NCBI GenBank assembly: GCA_030324005.1
Contig: JARDVH010000143.1
Span: 19,989,270 to 20,053,269 of the forward strand
DNA: 64,000 bases
Source of the DNA: Negaprion brevirostris
Taxonomy: Eukaryota
Direction: 5' to 3'
The translations under genes and the position numbers were made by a program. Of this stretch, positions 58,990-64,000 are shown piece by piece; position 1 is the first letter of the stretch; every line of letters starts with the position of its first letter. The notes beneath the pieces are model-generated. The model was not told where the DNA came from. It saw nothing but the letters and a program-made list of their open reading frames with translations, and made no database searches.

Positions 58990-59308
58990 GTAAAATCCCT
59001 ATAGTGCAGAAAAAAAGCCAGCCAGTTGAGGCTGTACTGATTCTCTAACACAGCATCTTACACAGGTCCCCCTCTAGCCCATCCCAGTAACCTGAGCATT
59101 TACCACAGTCAATCCACTAATCTACACATCTTTGGACACTATCGAGCAATTTAGCACGGCCATTCCACCAAATCTGCACATTTGTGGACTGTCTGGGAAA
59201 CCAGAGCACCCGGAAGAAACTCTCAGACACAAGGGCAAACTTCACAGTCACCCAAAGCTGGAATCCAATCTAGGTCCCTGTCACTGTGAAGGAGCAATGC
59301 TAACCGCT
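58990..59308 (-). mobile_element. HE1-type V-SINE running into a gap
   Basis: aaatccctatagtgcag tail to gcaatgctaaccgct head. Confidence 0.75.
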
Positions 59309-59474
59309 NNNNNNNNNNNNNNNNNNNNNNNNNNNNNNNNNNNNNNNNNNNNNNNNNNNNNNNNNNNNNNNNNNNNNNNNNNNNNNNNNNNNNNNNNNNN
59401 NNNNNNNNNNNNNNNNNNNNNNNNNNNNNNNNNNNNNNNNNNNNNNNNNNNNNNNNNNNNNNNNNNNNNNNNNN

Positions 59475-59509
<35 letters not shown>

Positions 59510-59737
59510 CAGGGGGGGTGGTGGTTAGTTGTTTCCATCTTCAATCTAAGATGGAAGTTTGATGCAGTACTCAATCAATCAACACTGCCCCCTCCCTGGG
59601 CAACCCACTTGCACACAAGCATTGTGAGCACTCTGCATTAACCCTAGTGCTCCAGGAAACATGTTGCAGTGCATGAGCTCAGATCGTTCCAGGGTGAGTG
59701 CTCAAGCCTGTACGTTCATTTGTTTTAAAAACAAATT

Positions 59738-59945
59738 ACTGCGGAATCTGAAACCAAAAGACAAAATGCTGGAAAATCTCAGCAGGTCTGGCAGCATCTG
59801 TAAGGAAAGAAGAGAGCCAACGTTGAGTCCAGATGACCCTTTGTAGCTTTGACAAAGTCACTTGGACTAGAAATGTCAGCTCTTTTCTCGCCTTACAGAT
59901 GCTGCCAGACCTGGTGAGATGTTCCAGCATTTTCTCTTTTGGTCA
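59738..59945. repeat. Palindromic non-autonomous element built from two inverted Penelope-type tails
   Basis: Arms aaaatgctggaaaatctcagcaggtctggcagcatctgtaagg and ccttacagatgctgccagacctggtgagatgttccagcatttt. Confidence 0.85.
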
Positions 59946-60214
59946 TTTGTTTTGACAGCCAGAATGAGGTAGTTGGCTCTTGGCTGCACTCTTGCAAGTG
60001 CCAACCCACAGAAGGGAGTCATGAAGGCTGAGTGAACAGGCCAGGAGGAGCGGCACCTGCAGCAACAGAGGGGCTTGGGGCAGTTGAATTGCAAGAAAAA
60101 GGCAAGAGGATTACATCTTGTCATCTGCACAGTCATCCTAAACTCCTCCTCAGCAAGATTAAATAATTAATCTCAAATTGATCTCAAGATTAATCTCAAA
60201 CCTCCAGGCACGGG

Positions 60215-60650
60215 ATGAGCAAGCAGTGATTGTGAAAGACTGCAACAGGATGCAGATGAGGGGTAAAGATGGGACAGATGCAGTTCAATACAGAAAAATG
60301 TGAAGTGATAGATTTTGCAAGAATAGGTAAAGAAAATATAAATTCCAAAAATGTAACATGCTAAATAAGGCAGATGAATCTAAATGTGTAAATCTATAAA
60401 TTCTTATCAAGATGGATCACAAGTACACATGGTCATAAAAATAAACAAATCCTTGTTCAAGTAGTACAGAATACAAGAAAAAGGAGATTATATTGGAATT
60501 TTACAGGATCATAATTCAGACTGCACTTCAAATTACTGTGTGGTTTTGAGCATCCACAATTAGAAAAGGATATAAATGCAATAGAAAAGGTGCACTGTGG
60601 GTTCACCCATGAAGAACATGCGGGCAGAGTGAGGAAGAAAAACTTGAGCT
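60215..60650 (+). mobile_element. Old CR1 fragment
   Basis: gactgcaacaggatgcagatg...aaaatgtgaagtgata (KCEVI motif). Confidence 0.55.
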
Positions 60651-61107
60651 TCGAAGACCTGCTTCTGACCCCCAAATTTCTATGAAATTTGCCAAGTCCA
60701 GCTTGGAGGCAAATACAAGGTTGATGTTAGTTGAACCCAACTCATTAACTTGGCACAAGCTTGCTGCTGTTCATGGTGACCAGAACTTGGGGCCTAGTTA
60801 GTTTCTGAATGAAAAGTCAAAAATTGGTTTTACTAACTGGCTGCATTACTTGACATTTAAATAATTTTTGTTAATTACACATTTTTAAAAGATCAATTTG
60901 TTTTGATATTGATATTTTAAAAATTGCTCAGCATATTATTTGTTTTCTTCATACCCTAACTTCATTTTTTAAAATTCATGTTCAGTATTGTGCCAAACCA
61001 GATCTCAGGCAGCTGCTGCTGAGTTTCTTGCAGAAGGGGAAGGAAGAGGTCACAAGAATGGAGTGCTTTTTGTAGGACTTGCCAAAGGGGTTATCTTTGC
61101 TCCAATA

Positions 61108-61310
61108 GAAATGGAAAGTGTTGGAAACATTCAGCACATCTGGCACCATCTGTGCAGAAAATAGAAAAAGTTCAGAGACCCTTCACCAGAACTAGTGCAG
61201 ATTGTGGACCTGAAGCACTGACCATTTCTCTCTTCACAGATGCAGTCTCGCCCGAACATTTCTAGCATTCCTTATTTGTATTTCGGATTTCCAGCCTTTC
61301 AGTACTTTGC
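61108..61310. repeat. Older copy of the same palindromic element
   Basis: ttggaaacattcagcacatctggcaccatctgtg ... cacagatgcagtctcgcccgaacatttctagcatt. Confidence 0.65.
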
Positions 61311-63339
61311 TCTCCTGTTCCAAGTTGGGCATTTCTTTTGAATTAAAAATCAGAAAATATTTATCTCTCAATGCAAGCCTTGCTCCTCTGTTAAGAGTGC
61401 CGATTTGTATGAATAGAAATAGCACACTATTGTAGGCAAATTTGGTGGTCCTAATTTACTGCTAGGTTTTGTCATTTTTAAACTTGAAATTGAAACCAGA
61501 GTCATGCACCAATAAAATACAACACTGTTTGATCAAGATATTCTCAGTTGTATATGAGATTGTTTGCAGTGTTTGTAAGGTTCAAGTCTTTTGGATGTTG
61601 CTGCCCAGACATTGCACAGGGCCAGATTCAAACAGAGCTGACTATATAATATGAATGACCAAGTTGTGTGGAATTGTCTGACGAAGCCATATTGCTGTAA
61701 CGTATATCAAACTGAAATTTGAGCTTTCAATGGGATTTATAAATAGAGGCATGAGAACATTAAAACCAATAAGTTTTGTTAAACCTCTATAACTCATCCC
61801 ACCAGCTTTTCAGCAAACTATTAATTGCAACCAAATAAAAACTTACAAGAATTTTGTGCTGTGATTAATCACTATTATTGAACAATTAAAAGTTAAGAAT
61901 CTTCGCTATCTTCCATGCACTTTTACCTGCTTAATTGCATATAAAGTACCAGGTTATCAATTTGCAGCATTCTTGCCTTTGGGATAGAAGACAGTCTACT
62001 CAGTACAGAAAGGGCTAGATTAATATATATAACTTTCTGTAGAGCTGATTGCTCTACAGAGGGAATTAGGGGAAAGTGAGTAAAACAGGAGGGGAAATAT
62101 TAGAATGAAAAATGGTTTTGGCCATGTTTCTGAAAGTGAAGGGTTGGGGGGGGGGTGCAAAATCTTGCTAGGGAAAGAGTTCTGTTGGTTTCAAATGTTC
62201 TCAGCCATTCTTCATTTACAAGCATAGATAGAGCAAAGTACGTAGGCTATTAGGTTTGAGAGAGAATATAGATGACCCCTTTAAAAACAAAACACACAGT
62301 AACTGAATAAAGGTCAGATGAAAAATCCCAGCCAATTTTCCCCTCAAAAACCCTGTAACTGCACTTCAACTGCCTCAAGCTAACCATGACAAATTGAGAC
62401 TAGACAATTTTTCCATACAAGTATTTTTCTGGGCATTTGCCATTGATAACAGGTTTCCATTGGCTGACTTGAGAACTTTTTTGGCAGAGACCTGGAAGGC
62501 TGTAATGATTTTTTATTTCTTGGTGAAGGAATGGCAAATTCAAACATGATTTTTTTTGTGGCTTTAGAAAAAATGATGTGTCAACATAAAATGATGCAAC
62601 CAGTTTATTTGAAAAAAAACCTCCTGTCTCAACAGATAGGCTTGAGTCCTGAAATGAAGCCAAATATATAGTCTGACCTAGTTTTTAAGGCACTGAGTTT
62701 AGAATATTAAAAGACAGTGTAAGTTATTTTAAACAAGCAATATAATAGTAAATCTGCAATAACTATGACATATTTTGCTTAATATAGCTTATTGAAAATT
62801 CCTATTAATTCTAAACTGATCAGATGCAGTTGACTTTACAAAACTAGAAAAGGTACAAAGTATTTTATTTACATAATTAAAAGAGGAGATCAAAGATTCA
62901 GATCATCAGGAATCAACATTTCAATGCTCTCATTTTAAGGAGCTTTTAATGGGCAAGTAGAGGGAAAGTATAAATCCAAATTGAAAAATTGTTTTGCTTC
63001 CGAGGGAATTTCTCGGTGCATCATTCCAACAGTTATACTCAATGCTTCCCTTCCTGCAACACAATTACTAGAACATAAACAATGTCATCACATTAACAGA
63101 AGCGCAAGGTAAGAACAGAAATACCACAACAATACTTGCCTTCTTTGCTCCTGCCAAAATTAGCTTACGTTGGAACATTAAATCTCAGTTCATTGTTCAC
63201 TTCAAAGCTCAACTGCAAAGTCATCCATGTCAATCAGGGGCCAGAACAGAGGACTCACAAATGCTCCCGTGTGGCAACCTGCTCCTTGTCCAATGGGCCA
63301 CATTCACAGGAGTCAGGAGCTGTATATTCAAGCTCCATC

Positions 63340-63960
63340 GCACAGCATGCAATTAAGCTAACATTTTAATGCATTACTGGGAAGTGCTGCTGCACTGTAG
63401 AGGTGTCATCGTTTGAAGCAGACATTAACATTAGACATGCATAACAGACCTTATTGCACTTTGAAGATCAGCACGGCAATTTTCTTCAGCGTTCCTGGCT
63501 CAAAGTAGTTTAGGGAGACTGATACTGGCTATGTATTTCTCCGTTTATAACATTTTGACTATATTTCAGTACTTGGGACATTTTGAAGTCATTATGATGC
63601 TACAGAATTGCAAAGTCCTTCGGCAACTACAAATCAATAAAATAGGCAATGGGAAAAACAAGCCATTTTGGTCAGGACTGATCCACCATTCAATTAGATC
63701 AAAGCTGATTTTCTACCAGAATTCCATTTTCCCACATTAGCCCCACATCCCTTGATGTCTTAAATATCTAGAAATCTATGAGTCTTGACTACCTCAATGA
63801 CTGAGCCACCACAGTCATTGAGGGTAGAGAATTCCAAATGTTCACCACACAAAGAAATTTCTCCTCATTCCAGGTTTAAATGGTCTCCTCTTATTTTGAG
63901 ACTGTTTTCACTGGTTCTAGACAATGCCCACTGCACCTATCCTCACCACTATCCCAGCCA
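63340..63960. mobile_element. Deu-domain SINE (+, about 63340-63640) abutting a CR1 3' end (-, about 63650-63960)
   Basis: gcattactgggaagtgctgctgcactgtagaggtgtc central domain; gggtagagaattccaaatgttcaccac CR1 relic. Confidence 0.6.
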
Positions 63961-64000
63961 GGGATGCATGTTAAATTTAATGCCAGAAGTTTGCTTCTTC

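Noticed and set aside
59876-60160. Cys-rich 86-aa minus-strand ORF
   Set aside because: Runs into the palindromic repeat, has no convincing splice sites and no recognisable domain

Overview
Eukaryotic, AT-rich genomic DNA from a gapped draft assembly. It is almost certainly a shark or other elasmobranch, judged by HE1-type V-SINEs, Deu-domain SINEs and many CR1/L2/Penelope relics. The main feature is a minus-strand SR-protein kinase gene, most likely SRPK1. Thirteen coding exons (46560 down to the stop at 16356) splice in one continuous frame (1495 nt, about 497 aa); the first two exons are probably beyond the right edge. The gene has a minor-spliceosome (U12) GT-AG intron and a 26-nt microexon, and no large spacer exon is visible. 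To the left, on the + strand, are what look like the last two exons of the convergent neighbour, probably LHFPL5. The rest is transposon debris; repeat family names come from remembered consensus resemblance and their boundaries are approximate. Nearly all ORFs in the supplied track are spurious, repeat-derived or span gaps. I found no clearly new multi-gene system. The best leads are RNA-level: the apparently missing spacer exon, inverted SINEs around a 279-nt in-frame exon block, an unexplained two-strand splice-signal cluster near 4 kb, and degenerate hammerhead ribozyme motifs in Penelope relics.
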